From Chlorokybus atmophyticus (lineage: Eukaryota; Plantae; Mesostigma and Chlorokybus algae): a DNA stretch of 64,000 nucleotides. The stretch lies in NCBI GenBank assembly GCA_009103225.1, contig RHPI01002262.1:1-64000 (forward strand). The letters are read 5' to 3'. Positions 22,541-35,471 of this stretch are shown here, piece by piece. The position numbers and the translations under genes were made by a program. Each line of letters opens with the position of its first letter. The first letter of the stretch is position 1. The notes under the pieces were generated by a model. It was not told where the DNA came from, searched no databases, and saw nothing but the letters and a program-made list of their open reading frames with translations.

Positions 22541-25362
22541 GCCCTCCTTTCTACACACGCACATGCACACACAGCGAGAGAGAGAGAGAGAGAGAGAGAA
22601 AGAGACCATTGAGTAGTTAGCACTGCACAGAAGACATTGACAGTGACGCACCCTGGGAGCAAATGCCTGCATAACAGCTATGCACAGCAGCAGCAGAAGA
22701 GCATGCATTCACAAAAGAAGCAGCTTGCAGACACAAGTGCCCGAGAGCAGCAGCTTACCTTAGCCAAGGCGGGCCAGCCTGAGGCGGCTGAGGAAGCGAG
22801 AGAAGTTGAGCCTGTTCTTTCAACAATGTCTTACCCACCCGGCTCAATAAGCAAGCTCCCGCCCTGGACTTGCCCTTGTTCAGCCTCAGCTCATGTCAAG
22901 TCTTGCGGCGGCGGTAGCGAAGCAGCAAGCCGGCGCATGCGCGGTAGGCTTACCGGAAGCTAAGCAAACAAAGTAGTAGACAATGCCACCGGCCACTTCC
23001 TAGGTTGTGTGATGTATTGGCCGCACTTTATCGTAGGGCAGGCCCACGTGCAAGAAAAAGATGACAACTCGCGTTGCCGACTTGCCATCAATCATGTGAC
23101 CGTGGGCGCGGCATGGCATGGCATGCCAAGTCTAAGTCTTTCTTGCGGACCGCGCTCGCTCCGGGAAGCTGTTCCGGTGGCTTGGACTAAATTACATGAT
23201 TAGGGGTCCGATGCACTTTGTGAATAAACGTATGTGATTCATATCCGTACTGCCACGCAACTACCATCCTCATTGAACTACCCGGTAGGCCTACCTACTA
23301 GTAGTGGATGTAGCAGTCTACACTGTCTACTACCACATGTACATCCATCATCTCATTGAAGGGTAACGAAGTTGTCAACCCCATGGTCTACAGAGTTACT
23401 AACCCGTTAAGGACTTCGGTGGGACAGCTATGCTATGCTAGACCAGCGCTTCACCGCGTATGGCCGACATTCATCGACCGTAGTACATCATAATCTTCTA
23501 CAGTTTACCGGTCCAGAACAAATGCTTAGCCGGCTGTACGCACTTGCCGCCGGATCAAAAGCTGGCAAGCTTGGCGGCTCGCTAACGACAACACGTGACG
23601 GACAGCGTGATAAAGGGGGAGTGCAACTGGGGCTTGGCAAGCAGTGCAGAGTGGTGCATACCGGTAGCTGCGGTGCAACTGGCAATGGGCGGCGAAATGT
23701 GTGTGGCGACTGGTCAATACAGCAGCCATGTTTATTTAGCGCCTACACCAGTGTAATGTTGGGAGAGTTTGTGTTACAAGTGTGAGAAGCAGCAAAGGTT
23801 TGGCAATACTTTACATGGTTGAGTGGTGAGTCGCGTTTTGACTCACAATCAATAATGTACACGTATATCAACTTATGTATGGCATCTTTGATGCTTCCAG
23901 CATAAACTGAATGCGTGCATGCACATGCTTCATTGTGACATATATACTATCAAAGTGTTATAAAGATTTTGTTAAGTGATTATAGGGGTCAAGGGGCTAT
24001 ATGCAAGTTGTAGCAAAGCTATGGGTGACATGAGAACACTACATGATGTGTATTCCACAAAGAGTAAATTGGGAAACATGTAAAGTATGTAATTTTTTTT
24101 TTTAACATACGTAGAATACAAGCTTTTGCCTAGCGTACAATTTTTCACTTTTGCCGTGTAGCCTAGTGGTTAAGGGTCCATTGTACATAAAACAATATAA
24201 AACAAGTGGTTATCGTATTAATTTACTCATATGACATACGGAATGATTTGCACATGTTGCCAAATGCATAATGCATACTATACAGTGTAACGACCTGTGT
24301 CACACATAATGTATCCGCATTACAACATCCAATACATACATGTACTATCATATAATGTTCTGGTTGCAACAATGACGAGTCTATGTTTGTAACCCATTTT
24401 ATAACACGCACGCGATACAATATAACCAGCTAGTGCAATGGATGAACGTCACTTCTTGTGAGCCAGCATTTGCACTTGTTTTATTGCAAATAGTGACCGT
24501 ACGAGTGATACAGTACTCAGTTTAAGATGATATTGACACTAATCACGCTCCGACCCGACTTTGGCATATATAGGCAACTGCGCCTCTATGCACCGAAGAG
24601 CCACCTCTCACAAAGCACATCCAATCACCTACGCAAATCCCCGAAAACAGCGATAATAACGTGCAAAAGACAAGTCAATGAACCTGCACCCGGTACAAGC
24701 GGACATAGTATCGTGTGCAGAAGATGTGATGATAAGTAGCGCATAGTACACCATGCATGCAACTCACCTCGACTACACAACACGCTCACCTCAACGCTAC
24801 ATACACAACCACCGAACTAAGTCACACGCTGGCAAGCTGACCACCCCTTACCTACTACAACACCTACAACACCTCTACCGCTCCTCCCCTAAGAGGCATG
24901 CCTGCACTGCAGCCTTGGTTTACCTGCCACACGGTGGGTAGCGCCAGCATTAAGCAGTATGACAACCACCACCAGCGGACTCGCCGCCGGCTCCACACCC
25001 ACCACTACCAACAGCTGCCGCAGCAACTGCCATGTGCGCATGTGCACATGTTCCCGCTATGTACTCATGCATGTCTACATGGCATGCTTCCGTGTCTTCG
25101 TGGACAAACACACATGTGCACACGCATTCTTGTGCACACACGCAGGCACGCTGCTCTTGTAACACTACTGCAAAGCAGCAGCACCTTGGTTGCGCATGCA
25201 CTGCTCACAAACTACCCACCACTACCTTGCCCATGAGTCAATTGCACTCACATGCAACCAACAAGACCCTCCACTAGTACTACCAGCTGATGCGTTAGGC
25301 TGTCACTTCTGCTCGCTATCGCTCATACTCACAACTGTCGGCTTCATCACTGATCTCGTTAT

Positions 25363-27880
25363 TTAAACCGGTACGCACACTTTTTCGCATATGCTCTTTG
25401 CCACGGAGCAGGTGGGGCACCGGGTGGGTGACTCTTGAGTCTGGCCAAACAGCTGTCTTGTGCCCATTCTCATCTGCGCTCTCATATCCTGCGGGCACAC
25501 GCCCATGTATGCGATCTGCTCCACATGCTCCAGAATCAGCTCCAAAAGTCGTGCGAGCTCATTCTCTGACCCGAGTGTCCTGCCAAGTATTGCATACGCT
25601 TGCCGCCACATGTCTGTTGCTTTGGAAGGATACCCCTCGTCAAGTGAACGCCTGCATGTAGTAACAGAGTTGCAATGCACCATGGTTGTGACATCATAAC
25701 GTGCGTGAACACATCACTACATCCCATATCTTGTACACTCACGCACAATCACAAAGGGCACAAACGCATTTTGCTTGCTCACAGACAGGGCCGTATGTGT
25801 ACAAACAAGCCACAGTAGAGCAATCAGCACACACAATGCCTGCTACAATGCAGCATATGCACGACCAGTGTATGGGTTGGCTCTACAAGGAAGGTGGACA
25901 TTACATGTAAGTCGAAGCCAGGTGCATCTTGCGCAGCCCAAGCCATGCAGTAGCAGCCACTGGTATGCTGCTTGCTTCGTACGCAGCAATGCTGGTTTCC
26001 GCAACAGCAATGGCGCGTTTTACATCCTTTGCAGCTATGCAAGCCTGCATGCAGTGGAGGCGTGAGTGGCGAGCAGCAAGCATTGCGTACCTGTACGCAA
26101 CGCTATGCCATTGCATCCAGCGATCAGTGCAACAAGCATTATGCGAGCTGCACGTGTGCGTGCTGTCACCATGTAGAGTTTGTGTCGGGGTTCACGCAGC
26201 TGAACGCTAGTATCCGGAAACAGCTCTTGATACATGCCAACCGCACTTTCCAACTCTGCTTGCGCTTTTGCAAGGGAATTTGCCTCCCTGTCGTCAACAG
26301 TAGTGGTAACTTGCAATGTTCAACAAAGCACAACATCCTCGTTGGTGCACAAACCTGCAGACGCAGACGCTTGCAAGCACTGCATGCATGCATACCAAAC
26401 TTGAAAAATGAGTTCTGCAACTGTGCTAGCAAACATACTCTGGCTTGCGCGCGGCCTGCATGCAGCTGTCTGCGCGCTCGCGAACAAGCAGTAATTCTTC
26501 CATTTGCCGTGCAGACGCGCAGCCGCACTCGCCGCAAATAACTGCACTTCCAACACCGTCTGTAGATAGTGGGACAATTCGTGTATGACTTGCACTCCCA
26601 GCAGCTTGACGCAATTCTCATATGATCTAATCCTGGTGACATGAGAGTGTGGTCTGCATTATGGCGCAATATGCACAGAAGTGGTTGCATCTAGTTCTAT
26701 CAGCATGCCCCAACGGTTGTTCGTACCTTGAAAGGAAGCCAACAACCCTTTACAGCCCTGATTTGAGCATCTGTACGCATCCAGAGATTGATCAGCGCGG
26801 GTACCCTGCACACCAACAGTGAATCCATATACCAAGGGTACATCGCTGTATGCATGGTCGCTTTGTGAGCGTGCGTGCACGCCTGTGCGTTGACACGTGC
26901 CTGCACACGCGCCAGACACCTTGCTAGTGACGCAGCGGGTACAATGGCAGTCAAAATGGTGTTGATGGCGAAGACGCTGTTGTCGCACCGCCGTGCTGTC
27001 CATCAGATTAACGTATCCCACAGTAACCTTAGAGTGCAGTTGAGAGGTGACCACCTTGATAGCAGCGTGCACGTAGTCGCACATGCACCAGGCAAGCACT
27101 TGCCTCTTCCCCAGGTTCAATAGCCCGCACAGCGCGCACGGTGGCCAACAATCCCTGAAACGTCACTACCGCAGAGGGGTCGCAGCTGCACAGGCACAAG
27201 TTCCAAGCGTGTGTCACCCCAAACACCAAAGCAAGGGCACATGCACGTGCTGTGCTCACTCGTCATTGAGGCGAGCGACTGCCGGGTAGATGCCAATGCC
27301 ATATTGTTCACCCAATGGAGCTCTGATGGCTTGCATGTGGGTCGCCAGCCAATGGCACAACAGCTTTGTGTCAATGGGAAGGTGCGAGGCAAACGGACGC
27401 TGACAGCCTGCCACGAGTTGTTGCACAGTGTTTGCCAAGGTTTCCGCATACTCCATTGTTTGCGAGTCCAGCTCCCTGGCTGCATTTCTGCCAAACTTGT
27501 CAAGGCTGCACAAAATGTTTGTGTGTGTGGCTGGCTAGGGGGGNNNNNNNNNNNNNNNNNNNNNNNNNNNNNNNNNNNNNNNNNNNNNNNNNNNNNNNNN
27601 NNNNNNNNNNNNNNNNNNNNNNNNNNNNNNNNNNNNNNNNNNNNNNNNNNNNNNNNNNNNNNNNNNNNNNNNNNNNNNNNNNNNNNNNNNNNGGGGGGGG
27701 GGGGGGGGATGCCACTTGTGCGGTGCACAAGTGGGTGTGCACACGTGCATGGAAGCGTGAAGAGTTGTGTGCATGTGCGGGCGCGTGTGCGGTTGACTTT
27801 ATGAGCAGCTGTTCATGCAGTCGAACAAGCAGGAGTAACGCAGCATGGCAGTCATGCTTGTCGATAAGCCATCATGCCGC
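25363..27880 (-). CDS. SMYD/ASHR-type SET-domain protein with a C-terminal TPR-like region; motifs altered; 5' end unresolved
   Basis: Spliced pieces read GIGIYPAVARLNDD|CDPSAVVTF..VRAVRAIEPGEE|VTVGYVNL..RQQRLRHQHHFDCHCTRC, then YRCSNQGCKG, ICGECG and QAYAILGRTLGSENEL. Confidence 0.75.
27544..27692. other. Assembly gap flanked by poly-G
   Basis: N characters. Confidence 1.
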
Positions 27881-28293
27881 AGATGAGCAGCATTAATGCT
27901 GATGCTGGGTTGCGTGCATGCCATTTGTGCGTGTTCGCTGTTTGTGCCAACGGGCGCTGCTGCTGTTGTGGGTACCGTACAGGCTGCTCGGCCAGCAGCA
28001 GCAATCGCTGCTGTTGTTGCCATTGACAAGTATACTCGTTCAGCAGCAGCAGCAGCAGCTAAGCTAGGGTTGTGCGTGACCTCCCTAATAGTACCAGCAG
28101 CTGCAATCGTAACAATCACGTAACAATCACTGCACTGCCCCCGGACTGTTTCGAATCACAACAGAGCCACCAGCAACAACACCTACGGCGGCAGCGGCAG
28201 CCTGCAGCAGCAAACTGCCACCACAGCTGCAAGCTCATCTGTTCACACTTGCACCAATGCCTGTGGGTGATGGAGCTGCTGCCTATAGGTGAG

Positions 28294-28340
28294 ACAGAGC
28301 TGCTACACAGCACACCCCGTGTGCTGTGTAGCAGCTCTGT
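28294..28340. repeat. Perfect 22-bp-stem hairpin with a 3-nt loop
   Basis: ACAGAGCTGCTACACAGCACAC-CCC-GTGTGCTGTGTAGCAGCTCTGT. Confidence 0.95.
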
Positions 28341-28535
28341 ACCGTACCGCTCTGCTAAGCAGCAGTGGTATACTATGTGCATGCTACGTACAAAGGAATT
28401 TTGTTAAGCTCACTGAGCAGCAGCTCAATTCGTAGCGCACGTACTGTAGGACGGATGTGTATACGCTGAACTCAACTCAGCTCAGCTCAGCTAGTAGCGC
28501 ACGTACTGGTTTTGTGTATGAGGGATATTGCAACC

Positions 28536-30512
28536 AAGAAGACGACGGGAGCCGATGAACCGGGAAGCACCCGGTGGCAGCAGAAACAGCAGAAAGACTC
28601 TATGATTGTGGCACGGTCACGTGACCAGTCGCAAAACAGGATGCCCAGTGTTAGAAAGCGTGTGGAGCAGAGGTTGCAAGCTGAGCTTAGGCGAACTGCC
28701 AATGAAAAAGACGATTGGGTGGTGAAGAACTCTCTGCATGGCAAGCCAGACAGGCGTCTGTTGCCAAGTTCACAGCCCCTGCTCGTAGACTATCCTGAAA
28801 GCCAGCGAGTGGTTCAGCCCACTGCTGGTGTATATGAGCAGACTGATGACAAGTTCCCCGGCTTCAGCGGCCAAGTGCTGAAAGGCAAGCGCATCAGCTT
28901 TGTTGCCGATCTGCAGCAACCACAAAACATCCAGACTGTGCAGAATGCAGGCGGCATATATTGTGACCGAGACGAGAGTCCAGATTACCTCATGGGCTCG
29001 TGTAGCTCACTTAATAACCCGCGATGCTCGCTGTGTCCCATTGTGACATTGCCTTGGCTTGAAGCGTGCTGTCGGCGGGAAGAGTTAGTTGACCCGTACA
29101 GCTCCATTGTCTATCAGCCGCTGCCCGTCGCACTGCCATTGTCCAACATGGCCAACATCAAAGTCAGCGTGTCGGGCTTTGCAGACTCCGAGCGCTCTGC
29201 ACTTCTGCAACTAACAAAAATGCTCGGTGAATGAAGAGTTGTGTCCAAAACATTGTCCAGGAAGACGACTCACCTCATTGCTGAAAAGCAAGGCACTGAG
29301 AAATGCCAGAAGGCGGCTGAGTGGGGCACTGTGGTAGTGTCATCCGCGTGGCTCTATAGTTGTGCAAAACAGGTACGCCAGTTTGTTTTGATCTGCGTTT
29401 GGTTGTCATCCCAATGTTATCGTGATGTTGAAACCGACTCAGGGTTTAAGGCTTCAATTGTAAGTTGCGCTAAGTGGACCTACCTGCTGCGTTGTTTATC
29501 TCGCAGGGCAGGTTGCTTCCAGCAGGAGAACTTCCCTTGATGGAAGCTCCACTTCCGGCCAGTGCAGCAAACGCATCAACTGCCAATGTTCCCCAGGTGG
29601 CATTGGTGCGACGCGCTTCCCTGGTCAAGACCACCATTGTGTCAAGCGATACTGTTGAGCCGCAACCAAGTTACATCACAGGCAAAAGCGGCCTCAGGGG
29701 TTGGAAGGAGGCCGAAACCTCAGAAACGAGCAAGAGTTCAGAAAGTCACGCTCACCTGCATGCAGAGTCTTGCAGCCAGGGTGGATCCGTGGGATGCGGG
29801 TAGTTCACCATGGACTCAAGTAAGTTGTCAGTGCAGGTGTTTGAATGGACTGCTGATTGCAGTTAGTTACTGCAAGCTGAACTGCACCATACACAGGCAT
29901 CGCAAGAGCCAGTTGCAGCTGTTGTGGATGAGCCTCCAAGTGTACAACAAGAACAAGCAGCACATACCAAAGCGCAAGAAGAGGTGGTGTTTGCCGTAGA
30001 AACGTACATGACGAGACCAGCTCTCCCTGACTCGGAGGGGATAGCGGTAGTGGAGTTTCTTGCCAAAAGTAACATTGCGGTAATGGTTTTGCCATGTGCT
30101 GAGCTTGGCTGGCACTTGCCTATATGTGACACTGAAGCCATTGTGCAGGAGCCGACACTACCAAATCAAACAGATGTCATACAATCAGTACGCCTGCAGC
30201 TTGTTGTAGGTTCTTGTGCTCATGTCCTCGTGCTTATAGCCTTGATCAGTCTCAATGCTGTGATGTGTCAAGGTTAATCGCGCCGCTGTTGGAGCACAGT
30301 CCTAACGTGGATGTTGGCAAGCGGCAGACACGCTCAGCCACCAAGCGCCAGCGCCTGTCGCTAAAGGGTGTTCGGCCAGCAGGTGCGGCAGCAAGTGTAC
30401 TTGTAGTGGCAGCACAGCCAGCACTGCTGCGAACAGCACGGCTACCTTGCATAATGATTCTTTGCAGCCGTGCGTAATGAGCCAGAGTCAGCATCTCAGT
30501 TTGCGGCTCAGG
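28536..30512 (+). pseudogene. TOPBP1: 5'-truncated, intron-retaining duplicate of the 3' part of the TOPBP1 gene
   Basis: Aligns by eye with ~39357-41370 at high identity, introns included. It carries an indel and stop (LGE* versus LGGKSYETL) inside a BRCT repeat. Confidence 0.9.
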
Positions 30513-31770
30513 TGTGTGGGCATGTTCGGACATGGTAAGGGCATACGATTTGCTAATGTTAGATTGCGCGCGCCGCGTGGGCATCAGTGGGTAGCAGTGA
30601 CGCTGCGGCAAGCCCAAGCGACGGCAGGCATGGTGCTAGCCGCTGCAGCCATCCGCATCATGGGAGGCACAAGGGTAACACGACCCCGTGAACCCAATGC
30701 TTCCTATGTAATACACTTGAATCCAATTCTTTTGTTGACATGCAGTAGTATCAATATCAATGTTGCGGCTTTTTTCCGATTTTTTCTTCTACTGTTGTTG
30801 CTTGTAGTTGTTGTGGTCGTGTCGTGGACGACTCCATCACACGAGCGTAATGAGGCAGCCTCGTCGAGGTCGCGATTGCGTGCTAAGGTTGTGATTACGA
30901 GCTCGACCTTATCAACTGTGCACTTTTAACTGGTCATACAGATGAAAAGATCGGGCGCCGTGGTTAGACCGCTGGCTTGGACAAGCAGAGGGCCCCACAT
31001 GCCGGGCAAGGCAGCAGCAAGCGGGGGTGAAAAGGGAGAGGGCGACAGTGATGGTATATCGCGATGTCGTCACTGGGTTGTCACTGTGGAGTTTTGTTGC
31101 AGGCTGTACAAATGACTTGAGTGCGGTTAGCTATGGCCTGACCATCCTCAGTCAATCGCGGCTGTTGTGGATGAGCCTCAAACTGTAGAACAGGACTCTC
31201 GTCTTGACTCCAGCATGTTACATGTTGCAGCTCTACCGAACCCATGCTATGATGCAAGTGGTGTTGGCCGTGAGATATTGCATCCACTACCTTTGATAAC
31301 GTCCTTCGCAGTTGCATGAGAAGACCCTACATGTGCGGGTGTAGTTACAGTGTCCATGTGCACTAGCATACCGGCACACACCCCACAGTCATGTCATCAC
31401 ACTACACCCACACCACTCGCGCATGACACCACACGCAGCCGACCACCACACCCTCTTGCATCACTTGCCTGTGTGGCATCACGCGCCCACACCGTCATTG
31501 TGGGCTGCCTACCCGACCCTGGTTGCATGGGACTGACTGGAACAGATTATGCAAGAAAATGCAGTTCTTGCCCACAACAACTATCATCACAATCAAGTCG
31601 AAGCAAACGGAAAGCCGATGAACAAAAGACAGCATAGATGTGCTGCAGTTCCATGATGCGTACAGCTGCACTACCCGCATGACAAACATGTGCCACGCAA
31701 CAGCAACATTGCTTGGCAAGGAACAACGGCGTAGGTACATTGAAACAGTCTCAACCAGCAACTAGCAATC

Positions 31771-34700
31771 CTACCCCTTGTTGTGCCGCCTTCTCTTCTC
31801 GCTCGGTGTCTGTGCGACTGGCTCAACCAAGCTATGTTTTATGAAACTAATGCAATGGCTGTAAAATTCATCATGCAGCTCATGCGGTATCACCTGCACT
31901 TCGGGTGGCAACTCAGCCGAGACAACCTGCTGAGGCATTGTATGATCGGTGATGAGCAGCATGCGAGTGTTTCCTGTTTGCGAGGCTGGCAGCAAGCAGC
32001 ACTCTTTCCATTCGTGCTGCACTTCATCAAGCCGAATTGCCCTTGGCGTCTGGCGCTGTTTCGATTGTATGTAGAGCACGAAGACCGAATGCTCTGCTCC
32101 CACGTTCCCTTCAACAGGTCTGCGCAAGATCAACCAGCTGTCTGGAGCCGGGTCATTACCGGTGCCAACAAACGCCCATGCACCGTGTTGGTTCACTCGC
32201 TCAATTTGCTGCTGGAGTAAGTCGGGGTTTAGTTGCCGCTCTGCTCGGTGGACCACATAACCTCTGTCCGGTACCATGATTGTCACATTCGCCTCCTTGG
32301 ATACCTTGACGCGGCCGAGAAGTTCACCCAAGAGCACTGTTTCTCTCCCCATCACGTGGCGAAACAGAAAGAGCTTCACAACCATGCGCTGACAATCTGA
32401 GATTTCCTGGGACCACCAGTCCACGGATTGCTGAACTAGAAGACTGACAAAGGGCAAGGTTGTTGTCTTCACACGCATGGCGGTTGCTGCAGCAACGAGC
32501 AGAAGGGGAGGGATGTTGATCAGCAATCCAACAGTAGAGTCGGGGTCTGGGCTCTCAACGCAAGCCGCCTGTTGCGGAGCGGAGCTTTTCTCAGGGCTAG
32601 AATCAATGTCTAGACTCACATTGCTTGCTGGATCAGCGTTTGCCTCTGTCAGTGTTCAATTGTCAAAACACACATCAGCATGCACAAGACAAGTGCAGTC
32701 ATGCAGACTACACGCAACCGATTCAAGTCTGCACCGCACTTACAACACCAACTCTTAGAATATCATACCTGCATAGGCGCCGACATACCAAAGCCCGTCG
32801 TTCTCCAACTCCTGCCAAGTAACCTTCCAACCCTTGCAAACAGTGTGACCCCTCCGAACTTGCACTTGTAGCACGGAATGGGCCACAAGCGCACTCAGCA
32901 GCTCTGATTTGTCGCCCGACAACCAAGAGTCCCACTTGCTGTGTGCTGCTACTTGGAGCGCAAGGCTATTCACCACTTCAACCTTGTTGAATGTTCCATC
33001 TAACCAGGCACCAGCTGAAGGACCTGCAATCGGTATCATGTGCATTGAGTACCTCACCTACTGAGAGTGCATCCCACTAAGCAAAAGCAATGTTGCGTTT
33101 GCATTGCTCACCTACAAGCAACACCTCTTCGCGCATGACGAAAGCGCTACCAGAGAGAGCACAAAGTGCATATGAGAGCAGCCGAGGATTGCCCCCCAGC
33201 CATTCCAGTATATTGCTGATGGCAAGAAGGCCGTTAGAAGTAGGAACGGCCATTCCCGGCAGGCGCTGAACAATGTCCTTCACTATGTCAGTCATTTGCT
33301 GGAGCGTGAGCGCTGGCAGACGCAAATCCCTCACACTGCTCTTTCTGCTGGCAGTGGCCGCCAAACTGCTTGCGGACGCACATGTACTTGCTGTAACAAT
33401 CACCGGCATGCAGCATAGCCCATCCGCCTCTTGCCGCACAGCAGCCCGCAAACTAACAAACTCAGATATCATGTTCTGTAGCCAAGTAGCTTTGCTGGAG
33501 CTGCTATCGGAAGGTACTGCATTCGCCTGCTTGAGACGAGACAAGGTCAGCGACAAATGTACAACTCATGGCACAATGCACTCATGCTCCACGCCATGCG
33601 TACATGCAGGCCCGCTATGAGACTTCACGAGCATTGTCACGAGTGACTAACCTCATCGATAGCAAGAACAGCCAGCCAAGGCGTGCCCTCTGAAATCCCA
33701 GCTGTCGTTTGCCAAAATTGCAGTACGGCTCTAGCCGTCAAAGTGCGTTTCAGAGCAGGCTCGTGTGCTGCTAGGGCGCTCACGAAAGACTGGTAGTCAG
33801 GCCATGTGTTGGACTCCCGCACAGAAGCATAGAGCATGCGAAGCGCAAGCATGGACAGCCAGCCATCATCAGCACGCTCCACGTTGAGACCTGCCAGGCC
33901 ATGCTGCGTGTTAAGAGAGACTGTGGGTAGGGCTCAGACAATGCAATATAAGAAGCGGCACCAATGCAGCCAGCTAGACAACACCAGCCGCATGCAGGTG
34001 CAGAAATAGATGTGTATGCATGCGCGTGTGTACCTTCAAGCGACAAGTCCAGGTAAAACACCATCATGCGGTTTGTGGACAAAGACGTCTCAATTCGCTG
34101 CAGCAGATGCGCACTGTCCGGCTTCTTACACAGTTGGTCTCTTTCAGTGTTGAGCGCTATGTCCGAAACTCTCTGCCAAACCTCCTTCAGTGCGGTGCTC
34201 TGCACAAGAAGCATGCAAGCATGCTCAGTCAGTATGAACAAACCATCCGCAACCACATCAGCACAAAGAAGACTGAGAATCGTCAGCTCTACATGCAACA
34301 GTTGACGACAAGCATTGTGGATGCGGCTAACCTTGCCCATGCCAGGAGCTGAGACAAGCCTCAGCAACTGCACTGTTTGGCGAAACAGTGCTTCGTCCCC
34401 CGGTTTTTTGAACTTCATGAACTCTTTGTTCAGCCGAACAAGCGCGCTCAGCATCTGCATGGCCAGATTGTCGTATGCCTCAAGGTGAAAGTAGCTTCCC
34501 AACTCGGACACCGTTTCATCGGTAACCGCAATGCTGGGCATGACGCGCCGCTGTCGGACTTCAAAGGCAGGGCCGTTTAGCTGAAACTTGGACCTCAAAA
34601 GGTCGGCCAGACACGTCCCAATGGATGTCGCTGGCATAGACGCGGGCCTAGCTCCTGCACGCATGCAGTAACAAACAACATTGACGCATTGTTACAGATA

Positions 34701-35471
34701 CCAACATCTGCCTCGTAAGCAAGTACACAAATCCCCAAGTGAGCCGCTGCTGCACAACCTCGTTCTGATGCTTAGAGAGGTGCTGAGCAGCAGCATACTT
34801 GCAACGAACAGACAAGCACGCACACTGATACGGCTTGGTCCCAACACAAGAGCCGCTGTACCCACACTTGAGCTGTGTACAGTGCAATTGGAAGCACTAT
34901 TGTTGGATGATAAACGACCTGACCAGTTAGTCGCGACATACGATCACGAAGAAGGAGAGCTGATAGCCGATCGACGATGGCGGTGTCATTGCCAAAGAAG
35001 TACCGACCCACGTGCTCCTTGCCATGATTGCGGTCATACTCCAGCAGCAGCACCTCAATGTCGGACCAGTCATCTCGAGTCAGCGATACGCCCTGAGCCC
35101 GCTCTCCCTCTCGTGCTTGCAATTCTTGGAGGTCCTGCAACTTCTCTTGCCAGGTGCCGGCCATGTTGCCTTGTCGCCCCCAACCAAATCGCTCCAAACC
35201 CAGCTACAAGCAGCCTATGCGACGACAAATGTCAACAAGTTGGCCTATATGAGGGCGGGCCGCTGCTTAGTTGAGAAAGCGACAATTGCACGCATGCAAG
35301 AGAGTGTGTGTGTGTGTGTGCGCATCAGCAATAATGTCAAGCTCTTTGCAGAAACGCTGATGATGTATATTACATGGGCACGGATAGCAAGTCAATCTAG
35401 CAATATCGCCCAGCACTGTGTCGGGAGCGCTGAAGAAATGCCCCACTCACCTCCGCAAGCGCCAAGCGCAT
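31771..35471 (-). CDS. Crinkler-like (CR) protein 2: N-terminal helical header, P-loop NTPase and PD-(D/E)xK nuclease (D...QSK); multi-exon
   Basis: Walker A is RLVSAPGMGK|ST and Walker B is LAVLAIDE. It also has LEWLGGNPRLL, VTWQELENDGLWY and a final exon with GTGNDPAPDSWLIL...VLYIQSKQ. The start codon is tentative. Confidence 0.7.

Noticed and set aside
23398-23416. CTAACCCGTTAAGGAC resembling a piggyBac terminus
   Set aside because: No matching opposite TIR or TTAA site was found.
24153-24178. tRNA 5'-like GCCGTGTAGCCTAGTGGTTAAGG
   Set aside because: There is no anticodon or T-arm and no B-box downstream, so it is not a supportable tRNA or SINE.
30560-31320. Minus-strand Cys-pair segments (CTAC, CPAC) suggesting a zinc ribbon
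   Set aside because: They are interrupted by stops, with no recognisable family or gene model.
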